Assembly: GCA_964016885.1 (NCBI GenBank)
Contig: OZ024741.1
Location: 337,652,001 to 337,716,000 of the forward strand
Length of the DNA: 64,000 nt
Reading direction: 5' to 3'
From: Eledone cirrhosa
Lineage: Eukaryota
Below the pieces are notes generated by a model. The model was not told where the DNA came from and ran no database searches. It saw only the letters and a program-made list of their open reading frames with translations. The position numbers and the translations under genes were made by a program. Shown here one piece after another: positions 14,410 to 27,059 of the stretch (positions are counted from its first letter, which is position 1; every line of letters starts with the position of its first letter).

Positions 14410-15900
14410 TGTAAAAAGTAAACAGAAATAACAACACAAACGATACAGTATGTAATAACAATAATAATGAAATTATTGTGTGCAGTTCTCAGGTGCACTT
14501 CAACTCATCAAATGTGCATGTATAGTACATAGAATAATGTACAAATGTCAGGAAAGTAAACAGTGTATGAGTCATGATATACAAGTGTGCATGTGTATGG
14601 AGCGGGGATAGCAGATGTAGTGTCATCAAATTTCAGCTAACAACTGATGCAGGTAGTTTATTCCATGCTTCAGCAACTCTGAGTGTGAAAAAATGTTTCC
14701 AAAAGTCATAGGAGATGTGCTGTTTTCTGACTTTGTAGGCATGCCGATGTGTGTTAGACCCATGGAATTCAACAAGGGGCTCAGGGTTGTTGTTGGGAAG
14801 GTGGTTAATAATACTTTGGGCGTTTACCAAGTCAGTTGCCAGATGTCGGAGCTTCAATGTATTCATGCCCAGGGAAGCAAGGCGTTCAGAGTATGGTAGG
14901 TGTCTGATGGAGGGTATTCGCTTGGTTTTACATCTCTGAACAGTTTCCAGGAGGTCAATGTTCTGAGCAAGATAGAGGTTCCAGACTGGTGATGCAAATT
15001 CTAAGTGTGGCTGCACCATAACTATATACAGCTTTAAACAGATAGCTGGAGAGCAGCTAACAAAGGTCTTGCTGAGTGATGCCAAGACACCTTATTGACA
15101 ATTTTAGAGATTTGCTTTGTCCAACGCAAATCGCTGCTGACATTAATGCTCAGGTCGTGTTCACAAGAAGACTTCTTGATATTAGTGTTGTGGAGGAAGT
15201 ATGTGGATGCTGGGTTTTTCCTCCCAAAATGCATGGTGGTATACTTGTCCACAGATAGCTTGAGTTGCCAGTCCATGATCCATTGCTGCATTGTGTTTAG
15301 GTCTGATTGCAGGATCTGTCCTTTTTATCTCAAGGTACAGCTTGATGTCATCTGCATATTTCAGTACTGCAGCTTTCTTTAAGTTGGCATCTATGTCATT
15401 AATATATGCAACAAACAAAAGGGGACCAAGAACAGATCCCTGTGGTACACCAGATGACATCTCATATGGTGAAGAATGCTGTCCTAGAACTATGACTACC
15501 TCTCTTCTACTGAGAATAAAGGACTTCAACCAGTTAAATAGATCATCCTTCACACCCATTGCAGAGAGTTTTGCCATAAGTCTTTTGTGTGGCACAAAAT
15601 TAAAAGCTTTAGCAAAGTCAATATAAACAACATCCACCCATGAGCTGCCATCAGTGATCCGGGTGATGTCATCAAGAAACTCGATCACAGCAGATGGGGT
15701 TAGGGATAAATCCAAATTTGAGAATTCCAAAAGTTTCAGAGTGTTTCTCTGACACAGGATTTCATCAGTTTGGCAGGTGACATGCGGTCACCCTTTTTGA
15801 ACAAAGGAATGACACTGGCAGTTTTCCACTGCTCTGGTGTAGCACCGTTGTTAAGACAGAATTGGAAGAAGAGTGACAGCTGGTGCAGAAGGAAGTACCC
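14410..15900 (-). mobile_element. CR1/L2-group LINE fragment
   Basis: VDVVYIDFAKAF, SGVPQGSVLGPLLF, YADD, HFFTLRVAEAWNKLP. Confidence 0.9.
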
Positions 15901-16028
15901 ACCACGATAAGGAAGTAATATATTAGTTTAACGTTTGAAATAGCAGGAAGAGGGTCATTGTATATATATATAGGCTCTGATACCATCAACACTATAAACA
16001 CAGAGCTGGCATATCTAAGAACTGACTA

Positions 16029-16084
16029 ACTGCCTGATGAGGTCATAGGCATTCAATGGCTATCATCGAAATATATATAGCAGT
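16029..16084 (+). ncRNA. Type I hammerhead ribozyme, canonical core
   Basis: ACTGC-CTGATGA-ggtcataggcatt c aatggctatcatc-GAAA-TATATA-TA-GCAGT; stem I 5 bp, stem II about 10 bp, palindromic stem III. Confidence 0.85.
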
Positions 16085-16129
16085 AAATAAAGAAGTATGA
16101 GTTCATGCAATTGACTTATGTTTCGTCAC

Positions 16130-16684
16130 TATCATCATCATCATCATCATTTTACGTCCGTTCTTCCACGCTAGCATGGGTTAGACGGGTTTTCCTGTTG
16201 TGGGCAGTGTCTGGTCGGCTGACCATGCCTTGCTCATACAGGAACTGATTTGGCTTGATTTCTACAGCTGGATGCCCTTCCTAACACCAACCTCATTTAC
16301 AGTGAGTGCTGGGTGCTTTTTTGTGGCGCCTACACGTCCACTTTACAGTGTGGGCTGGGTGCTTTATTGCCGTGGCACCTCCACCACCACCTTGCGGTGG
16401 GGGGTGTGGGGGCATATTGTCTATATGCTTCAGCTTGTACCCATGGGAGGTCGGGTACTCTGTATTACTGCGTGACGCCAGAGGTCACGGTCGTGTGTCA
16501 TTGCCTTTGAGAGGTGTAATTGGGTAAGGTCGCGGTTTCCATCGACTTCTAGTGCTCTGCACCTTTTTATGCAGTTGTCATCCTTCATGCGCATCACATG
16601 TCCATACCAGCGCAACCACCTCTCCTGCACACAGCATTTGATTCCTCTTATGCTCAGTCTCTCTTTCAATTCATTTATGCTTTG

Positions 16685-16686
<2 letters not shown>
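16130..16686 (-). mobile_element. RTE LINE 3' end
   Basis: LRWYGHV, 3' UTR, (ATG)n tail. Confidence 0.92.
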
Positions 16687-16733
<47 letters not shown>

Positions 16734-16765
16734 TATAGTATATATATATATTATATTAAATTATA

Positions 16766-16796
<31 letters not shown>

Positions 16797-16809
16797 CTAT
16801 AACATAATA

Positions 16810-16860
<51 letters not shown>

Positions 16861-17012
16861 TATAATTTAATATAATATATATATATATATATATATTATA
16901 TTAAATTATATATATATATATATATAATATTATATTATGTTATAGTATATATATATATATATATAATATTATATTATGTTATAGTATATATATATATATA
17001 TGATATTATGTT

Positions 17013-17073
<61 letters not shown>

Positions 17074-17306
17074 TTGTATGTATGTATATAGCTGTATATA
17101 CAGAGAGAGAGAGAGAGAGAGGGGGAGAGAGTCTATGGTGCAGAGACTGAGGAGACCACTAATCATGGGAGCACTCAATGCATGGAGAGATGCAGAGTGG
17201 GTATAGAGAAATGTAAAATCCCGCGGCACCAAGCGGTTTCGGCTTGTGTGTCCAGCACCACACACTCGGAAAGGCTTGCTGAGCTGCTTGCTACCGCAGT
17301 CGGGAT

Positions 17307-17349
<43 letters not shown>

Positions 17350-17355
<6 letters not shown>

Positions 17356-18505
17356 CATCATCATCATCATCACCGTTTTACGTCCGTTCTTCCACGCTAG
17401 CATGGGTTAGACGGGTTGTCCTGTTGTGGGCAGTGTCTGGTCGGCTGACCATGCCTTGCTCATACAGGAACTGATCTGGCTTGATTTCTACAGCTGGATG
17501 CCCTTCCTAACACCAACCTCATTTACAGTGAGTGCTGGGTGCTTTTTCGTGGCGCCTACACGTCCACTTTACAGTGTGGGCTGGGTGCTTTTTTGCCGTG
17601 GCACCTCCACGACCACCTTGCGGTGGGGGGCATATTGTTTATATGCTTCAGCATGTACCCATGGGAGGTCGGGTACCCTGTATTACTGCGTGACGCCAGA
17701 AGTCACGGTCGTGTGTCATTGACTTTGAGAGGTGTAGTTGGGTAAGGTCGGCTTTTATCACCTCATCCCAAGTCATCTTGGGTCTCCCCACTCCGCGGTT
17801 TCCATCAACTTCTAGTGCTCTGCACCTTTTTATGCAGCTGTCATCCTTCATACGCATCACATGTCCATACCAGCGTAACCGCCTCTCCTGCACGCAGCAT
17901 TTGATTCCTCTTATGCTCAGTCTCTCTCTCAATTCCTTTATGCTTTGTCGTTCACGTATATTACTGTTACACATCCATCGGAGCATGCAGGCTTCGTTTC
18001 TCTCTAATCTACGTAAGTCTTCCACCTTCAGCGCCCAGGTCTCACTACCATGCAACATCGCTGTTCGGATACACGCATCATACAGTCTGCCTTTCATTCT
18101 GAGGGAGAAGCCTTTTGCAGCTAGCAGTGGTAGTAGTTCCCTAAACTTCTTCCATCCCGTTCTTACCCTAGTTATTGTACTTTCTGAGCACCCACCTCCG
18201 TTGCTAATTCGGTCACCTAGGTAGCAGAAGCTGTCTACTGTTTCTACAGGGCCCTCCCAGAGATTGGTGGTACTTGTTTCCTGTGGCTGTTTGCTTGCTG
18301 TTTCAGCACAGCTGCTGCATGTGAATCCTACATTCTTAATTAAGCTTCCTGAGATCCCGCTACATCTCTTGTGTACCCATTGTTTGCATTTGGGGCAAAG
18401 AATGGAGTTCCTACCTACACCTTTCCTACATACTGAGCAAGGCCATTTCCCTGAGGGGATCTGGGTTCTGTTTTCTCGTCTACTTATAAGGACCTTAGTC
18501 TTTGA
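17350..18505 (-). mobile_element. Young RTE LINE 3' fragment
   Basis: Open frame 17648 to about 18505; nearly identical to 33050-34208. Confidence 0.95.
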
Positions 18506-18509
18506 GACC

Positions 18510-18597
<88 letters not shown>

Positions 18598-18600
<3 letters not shown>

Positions 18601-18823
18601 AAAAACATGGGGAGAAGAATACTGCATGGTTGCACATGGATTACATATTATAAAATTAGTCCCTCATCAGTGATTTGCCAACGATCATTGGTATTTCATC
18701 GCATTAAAAATCATATACCTCAGGTTGGTGTGAGCAATAACTAAAATAAGCTATTGGGACAAGTGAGTCGCGTAAAGCGAGTGAGACAAGTAAACAACAT
18801 AGAAGGAAAAGCTAACCGAAGAA
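18598..18823. repeat. Dispersed repeat flanked by (TA)n; longer copy at 30400-30920; probable PLE terminus
   Basis: Direct similarity to 30400-30630; minus strand has a degenerate hammerhead-like motif at 18678-18728. Confidence 0.7.
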
Positions 18824-19109
18824 TATATATATATATATATATATATATACAGTAATAATGATAAATTTGAAGACTAAAATCCAAAGAGGGCTCGATAAGG
18901 GTAAAGCAGCGATTCTTTGCTTAAACTTTAATCTGTTATTTTAATAAATATATATATATATATATGAAAAGTGTAATTTTCTACACAAAACGAAGGTTGT
19001 AGAGAAAATTGAGGTTGGTAATGGCACATGGAATATATAAGAGACAGAATACTTTTTTGTGAAAAAACATATAATTTTATAAGGTAAGGAAATAATAAAG
19101 GGTATAAAA

Positions 19110-19153
19110 AATGACCGGTTTCGATGGGTCTGCAAAAGCCATCTTTTCAAATG
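19110..19153 (-). ncRNA. Degenerate hammerhead in probable PLE 3' remnant
   Basis: TTGAAAA-GATGG..CCATC-GAAACCGGTC; two core substitutions. Confidence 0.55.
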
Positions 19154-19305
19154 TTGATTAATATTAAGAAAAATTAATAATACGAAGAGTTAAAATTTGA
19201 GATTTGAAAATTCAAGTATAAAATTAATTGTGGGATTTCATAGTAGTTTTCATCTAGGTAGCAACAAGTTGACTGCTGTGTCCCTTTCTGGTAGTGAATA
19301 TATAT

Positions 19306-19427
<122 letters not shown>

Positions 19428-19579
19428 TTAACACACAAATGCAAAATAAATACAAAAACGATGTTTAGTAAAAGTTGTCTCCCTTTAATCAACAAAAAAT
19501 AAAAAAAGGATTTTGTTTTTACCAGATATGGGCGATGATTGTAAATGTCAAATCGTTTCCTGGGTGAGAATGAACCACC

Positions 19580-20690
19580 AAACATAGATTAGTTGTCGAT
19601 GATATGAGGATAAAATTTAGACATGCTAAGAGACAAAGACCAGTTTGCAGAGGCTTACATGGAAGTTGAAAGAACTCTTGGCAAGTAACAATTACAGAGA
19701 AATCTCTGACAGTAAGAAAGAGAAGATGGAGACATATTCACATACATAGAGAAAAATTGAGAATTTCTATGAGACAAGCTGCTAGAAGCTAAGAACCAGG
19801 TCTTCGGCTGAAACTAGGTCCCAGCATGATGGAGGGTGATGTGGTGGTGGAAGACAAACCAGGAGAAACTGGAGGAAAGGAGGAGGCAGAAATAATACGA
19901 GGCTGCTAGAAGTGAGGGGAGAAACAGTGAGGGGAGAAACAGTGAGGGGAGAAACAGTGAGGGGAGAAACAGTGAGGGGAGAAACAGTGAGGGGAGAAAC
20001 AGTGAGGGGAGAAACAGTGAGGGGAGAAACAGAAAAAAAGAAGTTTGCACGTTTTGCATCGTTAACATCAGAGACATGAAGTGTTTGGGATTGCGAGACA
20101 GTATGCTAGAGAAAATCGTGATATGGTTGGGGTAAAGTGTCTCCAAAATGGTAATGTTTGACGATGAAAAGAATGAGCTATGGAAGACATACTATGAGAG
20201 AGTGCTGAACGAGGAAAATATATGAGACAGTGGGGTCCTACCCCATCTAGACCCTACTGAAGGACCAGTTATAGAAGTTGACAATAGTATAATAGATAAA
20301 GCAATTAAGGACATGTAGGTAGGTAAGGCAGCTAAACAATCTGGTATAGTTGCTGAGATGCTAAAAGCATTTGGCATGGTAGATTACAAGCTAATCAGAT
20401 GTATAATTAATCAAATAATACAGGAAGGAGTCATACCCAATGTCTGGTGCAGTAGTAAATTGTTACAAGGGCAAAGGAGACACATTAGAAAGAAGTAACT
20501 ACAGAGGCATCAAGTTAATGGACCAGGTCATGAAAGAAGCTGAAAGGGCTATAGCCTAACCAATAATTAGGAACAAAATTTGGTTAGATGAAATGCAGTT
20601 TGGATTTATGACTGGTAGGGGTATTAGCGATACCCTCGTTTTGATGATACAACTGCAGGAGAGCTACTTAGCTAGGGGTAAGCCAAAGTT
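19580..20690 (+). mobile_element. Old RTE LINE internal fragment
   Basis: Decayed GKAA..SGIVAEMLKA, NYRGIKLMDQVMK, LDEMQFGF. Confidence 0.85.
19911..20030. repeat. Perfect minisatellite, 8 x AGTGAGGGGAGAAAC
   Basis: Direct count. Confidence 0.97.
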
Positions 20691-20822
20691 TAATGAAAAG
20701 TATCTCCACAAAAGTCATTGACAAATATAGATATAATTATATTGGGTCATCAAATATGAAATTTGTAGAAATTTTTTTTTTTTCTACAAATTTTCTACTT
20801 GACGATCCAATATATATGTATA

Positions 20823-21300
20823 CTAGCAGAGCTACCCGGCGTTGCTCGGGTATTAAATAGCAGTTGTGTATACCATTTATATCAATACTTCAGTGCTACT
20901 TCGAAAACTATACTTTTACAAAATCATCAGCTTTTTCCAAAAGAGGGTTCCTGCCCTCAGGGGTCTCCTACTCAATATGTGCCAATTCTGAGACTTCACA
21001 TTCATCTGAAGGACAAACGTAGCCCATGTGTCAAGTTTTGTGAAAATCGGTTGCGAACTCCAGAAGTTATGATGTTTTGTTGTATTGCACTGCAGTGCTT
21101 CAGTCGACTCCAAGGAAGTGGTTAAAGGGGGTTATCTGCCGGGAGGCCCTATAATCAATATCTGGAAAAATGAAAGTGCCCATAACCATCCGGAGTACAT
21201 AAGTAACCTATGTCTTAAGTTTGGTGAAAATACTGTAGAAATGCATAAGGTTTATACACGCGCGCGCTCGTGTGTGTGTGTTTGTGTGTGTGGGGGGGGG
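20823..21300 (-). mobile_element. Non-autonomous Helitron
   Basis: Minus strand 3' end tacccgagcaacgccgggta..CTAG-T, same hairpin as 7997-8012; 5' limit uncertain. Confidence 0.8.
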
Positions 21301-21998
21301 GGGTATTTGTGTGTGCGTATGTATGTGTATGTCCGTCGAGGCATACGTATGTACTGGCCTAAATCTTCACTATTTACTTTTACTATTTTAATAACCTCTG
21401 TCATTTTCGTTTTCAATTTTATTTACATCATTCTTAAACTCCGGGGCTGCAAATCATTCTGTTATGTTAAATAGAATATTAGTCTAACGACTTCATTTAT
21501 ACTATAAACTTGGTCTTGTCTTTGCATGAAATTGTTCTTCTCGCTCCACATAACAACGTATTATCCTTGCTTTTTTCCCGTTCATTGCCAGGGAACGTCT
21601 TCACGAACCAAAATATCGTCTTTCTGTTTTCGTTCGCTTGGAACGTTTCTCGAAATATTTACTTCTGCGTTCACAGATTACTCTCAGTTCAATTTGAATG
21701 GGAAATTCCTGTTTCATCGATTTTCTCCGTAACCATGGAAGCTTGTATCCTAAAAGTCAACCCAACACCTTCTCGGATCATTCTGCATAACTGTGTAAAT
21801 TTTTTCTGCATTCCACCAAGCCGTTTTGACGTTTATCCGACTACACTTACTTACTTAAATATACAACATCCGACCACTTCCAATTTATATAGTAGATAAG
21901 ATTATATATATATATAAAGATTGATATAAAAAGTATATCAAGAGGTGACCACAATTAAGAAAAGTACTCGATATGCTAGTAGAGTATAGACATTGAAC

Positions 21999-22180
21999 TG
22001 GCAGTATTGGTAGAGGGTCGGACGCCATGCTTTGCAGCCAAAAGTTACGGCCCTTTATGGTCTGAGTTCAATCCCGCCGAGGTTGACTTTGCCTTTCATC
22101 CTTACGGGGTCGATAAAATAAAGTACCAGTAATACACTGGGATAATTGCTGGCCTTGTGCCAAAAGTATAAACTATTATT
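21999..22180 (+). mobile_element. tRNA-derived Nin/Deu-like SINE
   Basis: Same consensus as 11222-11411. Confidence 0.85.
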
Positions 22181-22234
22181 ATAGAAATAACTTCTACAGG
22201 ATTAGAACAATTTCATTCATAAGAAATAATATAT

Positions 22235-22445
22235 AAAGTGGTCAGTCCACACTGTAAAGTGGTCATATAGGCGACTCAACAAAAAAACGCTCAGTACTTA
22301 CTGTAAATGAGGTTGGCATTAGGAAGGGCATCCAGCTGTAGAAATGAAGCCAGAATCAATTCTGTATGAGCAAGACATGGTCACCTGACCTGGCATTGCT
22401 CACAACAGGACAACTCGTCTAGTGTGGAAAATGGACGTAACACGC

Positions 22446-22485
<40 letters not shown>

Positions 22486-22910
22486 ATATAACCCACGCTG
22501 TAAAGTGGTCTTGTAGGTGTCACAACAAAAAAAAACCAGCCCACACTGTACAGTGGTTATGTAGGAGTCAAGACAAAAAGCACCCTGCCTACACTGTAAA
22601 GGGATTGTGTAGGAGTCACAACAAAAAGCGCCCAGCCCACACTGTAAAGTGGTTGTGTAGGAGTCACAACAAAAAGCACTCAGCTAACACTGTAAAAGGG
22701 ATTGTCACAATAGGAGTCACAATAAAAAGCGCCCAGCCGACACTGTAAATGAGGATGGCATTAGGAAGGGCATCCAGCTGTAGAAATCTAGCCAGAAAAA
22801 GTTCTATATGGGCAAGACACAGTCACTTGACACAACTTGCCTAAAATAGGACAACCCGTCTAACCCATGCTAACATGGAAAATGGACATTAAACTATGAT
22901 GATGATGATG
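22235..22910 (+). mobile_element. Two tandem RTE 3' UTR fragments, the second with about six copies of a 45-50 bp unit
   Basis: Units cactgtaaagtggttgtgtaggagtcacaacaaaaagc..; ggcatccagctgtagaaa; (ATG)n tails. Confidence 0.85.
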
Positions 22911-23257
22911 ATATATATATATACATGTGTGTGTGTACAGACATATATACATCCATGCATACATACATACATACATACATATACATATATAAATACATAC
23001 ATACATACACACACATATATATACATATATACTTACATAAATACATACAGACATACAGACATATATACATACATACTTATATACATACTTACACACACAT
23101 ACATGCATACATACATACATACATACATACATAAATGCATATATACATATACATACATACTTATATACATACATATATACATACTTATATACATACATAT
23201 ATATATACTTACACACATACATACATACATAAATACATACATATACATACTTATTTA

Positions 23258-23692
23258 CATGGTGGCTGCCAACTCGTTTTCGAGTACGGCCACTACTTTA
23301 TATCCATGTAGGAGAACCCCTACCGATGCGCTGAACGAATGTGACTTTTTAGTCCAGCCAGCGACTTGAAAACTCTGGTACAAACACGACATTTGTGACA
23401 ATTATTGACACCTAGTGCTGGGCTCATGGCACCATGTGTCCCAAGGTATCGTGTGAGATCACTACTCGACCTGCATACCCTTCCACAAACATTACATGTC
23501 GTCGTCTGATGAACACTTATAGCTCCACAGGTGCCTGCTTCCCTGTTCTGGTGCACTCTCAGGTGACTCTTTAGACCTGCCATGCTCAGACAAACCCTAT
23601 TACAGGTCTCACATGTCAGGTCAGGCCATCTGTCAATGCCTTTGGGAAGGCCAACATGGATTCCTTTCCGGACATCTCTTTTTAGTGTCGCG
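23258..23692 (-). mobile_element. RTE-like LINE 3' end encoding three C2H2 zinc fingers
   Basis: CETCNRVCLSMAGLKSHLRVH, CNVCGRVCRSSSDLTRYLGTH, CRVCTRVFKSLAGLKSHIRSAH; flanked by (TACA)n. Confidence 0.75.
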
Positions 23693-23779
23693 TACATACA
23701 TACATACATACATATGTACATACATACATACATACATACGTACGTACGTACATACATACATACATATATACATACATAT

Positions 23780-24375
23780 ACTCGTTTTCGAGTATGGCCA
23801 CTACTTTATATCCATGTAGGATAACTCCTACCGATCTGCTGAACGAGTGACTTTTTAGTCCAGCCAGCGACTTAAAAACTCTGGTACAAACACTACACTT
23901 GTGACAATTATTGAAACATAGTGCTGGGCCCTTGGTACCATGTGACGACAAGTGCAGAGAGATCTCCAGATATAAAGCAATGCCTGTGCTATGAAGCTTT
24001 TATAGTGAGCAAAAGCACTGCACAAAGCCAGTCCCACTCTCTTAACCAAGATGATATTTACCAAAAAGAAGAACAAGTCAACATCATTGGATACCATCAG
24101 AGTTGCAGGTGTTATATCAGAGTTTTCCTTTTCCTAGAATTCTGCCTTGACAAAGGCTAAGGGGACATCTCTCCCAGTAATTTTGGATGGACATTTACCC
24201 TCTAAGAGCTCCTTTGCCCTTTGACAGGTTTCGTTTTTAGTCCTGCAGGATGTCCAAAGTCACCCTCCTCACCAAGAAACCTTGGTGGGGTTGCCAGTTT
24301 AGTCGCCAACGACCCGACCATAGCACAGGTTGTACTGGAATACACGTTACCAGTAGCACCAACTGGTGACCTGAC
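23780..24375 (-). mobile_element. Short internally deleted RTE of the same family (5' UTR, APE start, last zinc finger, 3' UTR)
   Basis: 3' part matches 23272-23436; APE-like remnants RILGKGKL and RVGLAL; flanked by (TACA)n. Confidence 0.65.
24294..24371 (-). ncRNA. Degenerate HDV-like ribozyme candidate
   Basis: P1 ggtca/tggtc, P2 ccagt/actgg, L3-like aacctgt, GG, P4 tcg-ttgg-cga, J4/2 CTAA; at the element's 5' end. Confidence 0.45.
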
Positions 24376-24611
24376 ATATATATACATACATATATATATA
24401 CATACATATATACATACATACATACACATACATACATACATATATACATACATGCACATATATATACATACATATACATATACATACATATACATATATA
24501 TATGCATATACATGCACATACATATACATACATATATACATATATATGTCCAAACCCATGCAAGCATGAAACATGGACGTACGTACGTACATACATACAT
24601 ACATACATACA

Positions 24612-24647
<36 letters not shown>

Positions 24648-24884
24648 TGTACATTACACATGTGTATATATCTACATACCATTTTCTTTTCCAATGACTT
24701 TTCACAGGCAAAGTCATAACCCGCTATTTCCCACCGTTATTTACCCATGAGAACATTTCCCTACAAACAGCACACCCCCACCCACCCCCAACCCTAACAT
24801 CTCCCTTTTTCCCCAAACCCAACCTCCATCCCAGTTCCTTGATTATCACAACAGTGTTGTGATAATTAAAACTTCTTCCTCTTT

Positions 24885-26855
24885 CACTACCATCAGCACC
24901 TCCACCACCACCTCCACCACCACCTCCCTATCCTTCTTCCTCCATCATTACAACAACACCATCACTACCACCACTAACAACACCAACATCGCCACCACCA
25001 TTAACAACACCACCACCACCAACAACAACACCACCACTACCACCACCAACAACACCACCACTACCACCACTAACAACACCAACATCGCCACCACCATTAA
25101 CAACACCACCACCACCAACAACAACACCACCACTACCACCACTACCACCACCAACAACACCACCACTACCACCACTAACAACACCAACATCGCCACCACC
25201 ATTAACAACACCACCACCACCACCAACAACACCACCACTACCACCACTACCACCACCAACAACACCACCACCACCACCAACAACACCACCACTACCACCA
25301 CTACCACCACCAACAACACCACCACTACCACCACTAACAACACCAACATTGCCACCACCATTAACACCACCACCACCAACAACAATACCACCACTACCAA
25401 TACCACCACTAACAACACCAACACTGCCACCACCATTAACAACAACACCACCACCAACAACACCACTACCACCACTAACAACACCAACATCACCAACACC
25501 ACTAACACCACTACCAACACTAACAACACCAACATTGCCACCACCATTAACAACACCACTACCACCAACAACACCACCACCACCACTAACAACACCAACA
25601 CCACCACCACCACTAACAACACCACCACCACCACCAATACCACCACTACCACCACTACCACCAACAACACCACCACCACTACCACCACTAACAACACCAA
25701 CACTGCCACCACCATTAACAACAACACCACCACCAACAACACCACCACTACCACCAACAACACCACTACCACTACCACCACTAACAACACCAACATTGCC
25801 ACCACCATTAACAACACCACCACTACCACCACTAACAACACCACCACTACCACCACTAACAACACCAACATCACCACCACTACTAACAACACCACTACCA
25901 CCAACAACACCACCACCACTACCACCACTAACAACACCAACATCGCCACCACCATTAACAACACCACCACCAACAACACCACCACTACCACCACTAACAA
26001 CACCAACATTGCCACCACCATTAACAACACCACCACTACCACCACTAACAACACCACCACTACCACCACTAACAACACCAACATCACCACCACCACTAAC
26101 AACACCACTACCACTAACAACACCACCACTACCACCACTAACAACACCAACATTGCCAACACCATTAACACCACCACCACCAACAACAACACCACCACCA
26201 CTACCACCACTAACAACACCACTACCACCAACAACAACACCACCACTACCACCACTAACAACACTAACATCGCCACCACCATTAACAACACCACCACCAA
26301 CAACACCACCACTACCACCACTAACAACACCAACATTGCCACCACCATTAACAACACCACCAACAACAACACCACCACTACCACCACCACTACCACCACT
26401 AACAACACCAACATTGCCACCACCATTAACAACACCACCACCAACAACAACATCACCAACACCACCACCACCAACAACAACATCACCACCACTACCACCA
26501 CTAACAACACCACCACCACCAACAACACCACCATCACTACCACCACTAACAACACCAACATTGCCACCACCATTAACAACACCACCACCACCAACACCAC
26601 CACTACCACCACTAACAACACCAACATTGCCAACACCATTAACACCACCCCCACCAACAACAACATCACCAACACCACCACCACCAACAACAACATCACC
26701 ACCACTACCACCACTAACAACACCACTACCACCAACAACAACACCATCACTAACAACACCAACATTGCCACCACCACTAACAACACCACTACCACCACCA
26801 ACAACACCACCACTACCACCAACAACACTACCCCACCTCAACACTACCACCACTA
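24885..26855. repeat. 2 kb (ACC/AAC/ACT) triplet satellite with higher-order unit
   Basis: Recurrent accactaacaacaccaacat(t/c)gccaccaccattaac. Confidence 0.95.
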
Positions 26856-27059
26856 TAACCTATAACAAATAATTCCCATGACATGAACTAAGCCAACAAT
26901 AAAACAACAACACATGTTGTCCTTTGTTAAACAATAGGCATGGTCTATCTTTGTCATATCTTTTGTTATAGTTGATCTGCTGAAAAAAATAGGTATTATT
27001 GTTATTATAATTAGGGTGTTGGGTTGACAGTATCAGTAGATATGGTTTGTGACACTTAG

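Noticed and set aside
22490-22760. Regularly spaced repeats as a CRISPR-like array
   Set aside because: No unique spacers and no cas genes; eukaryotic RTE 3' UTR tandem units.
24859-26872. Four ORFs of 500-670 aa
   Set aside because: By-product of a triplet repeat that lacks stops in several frames.
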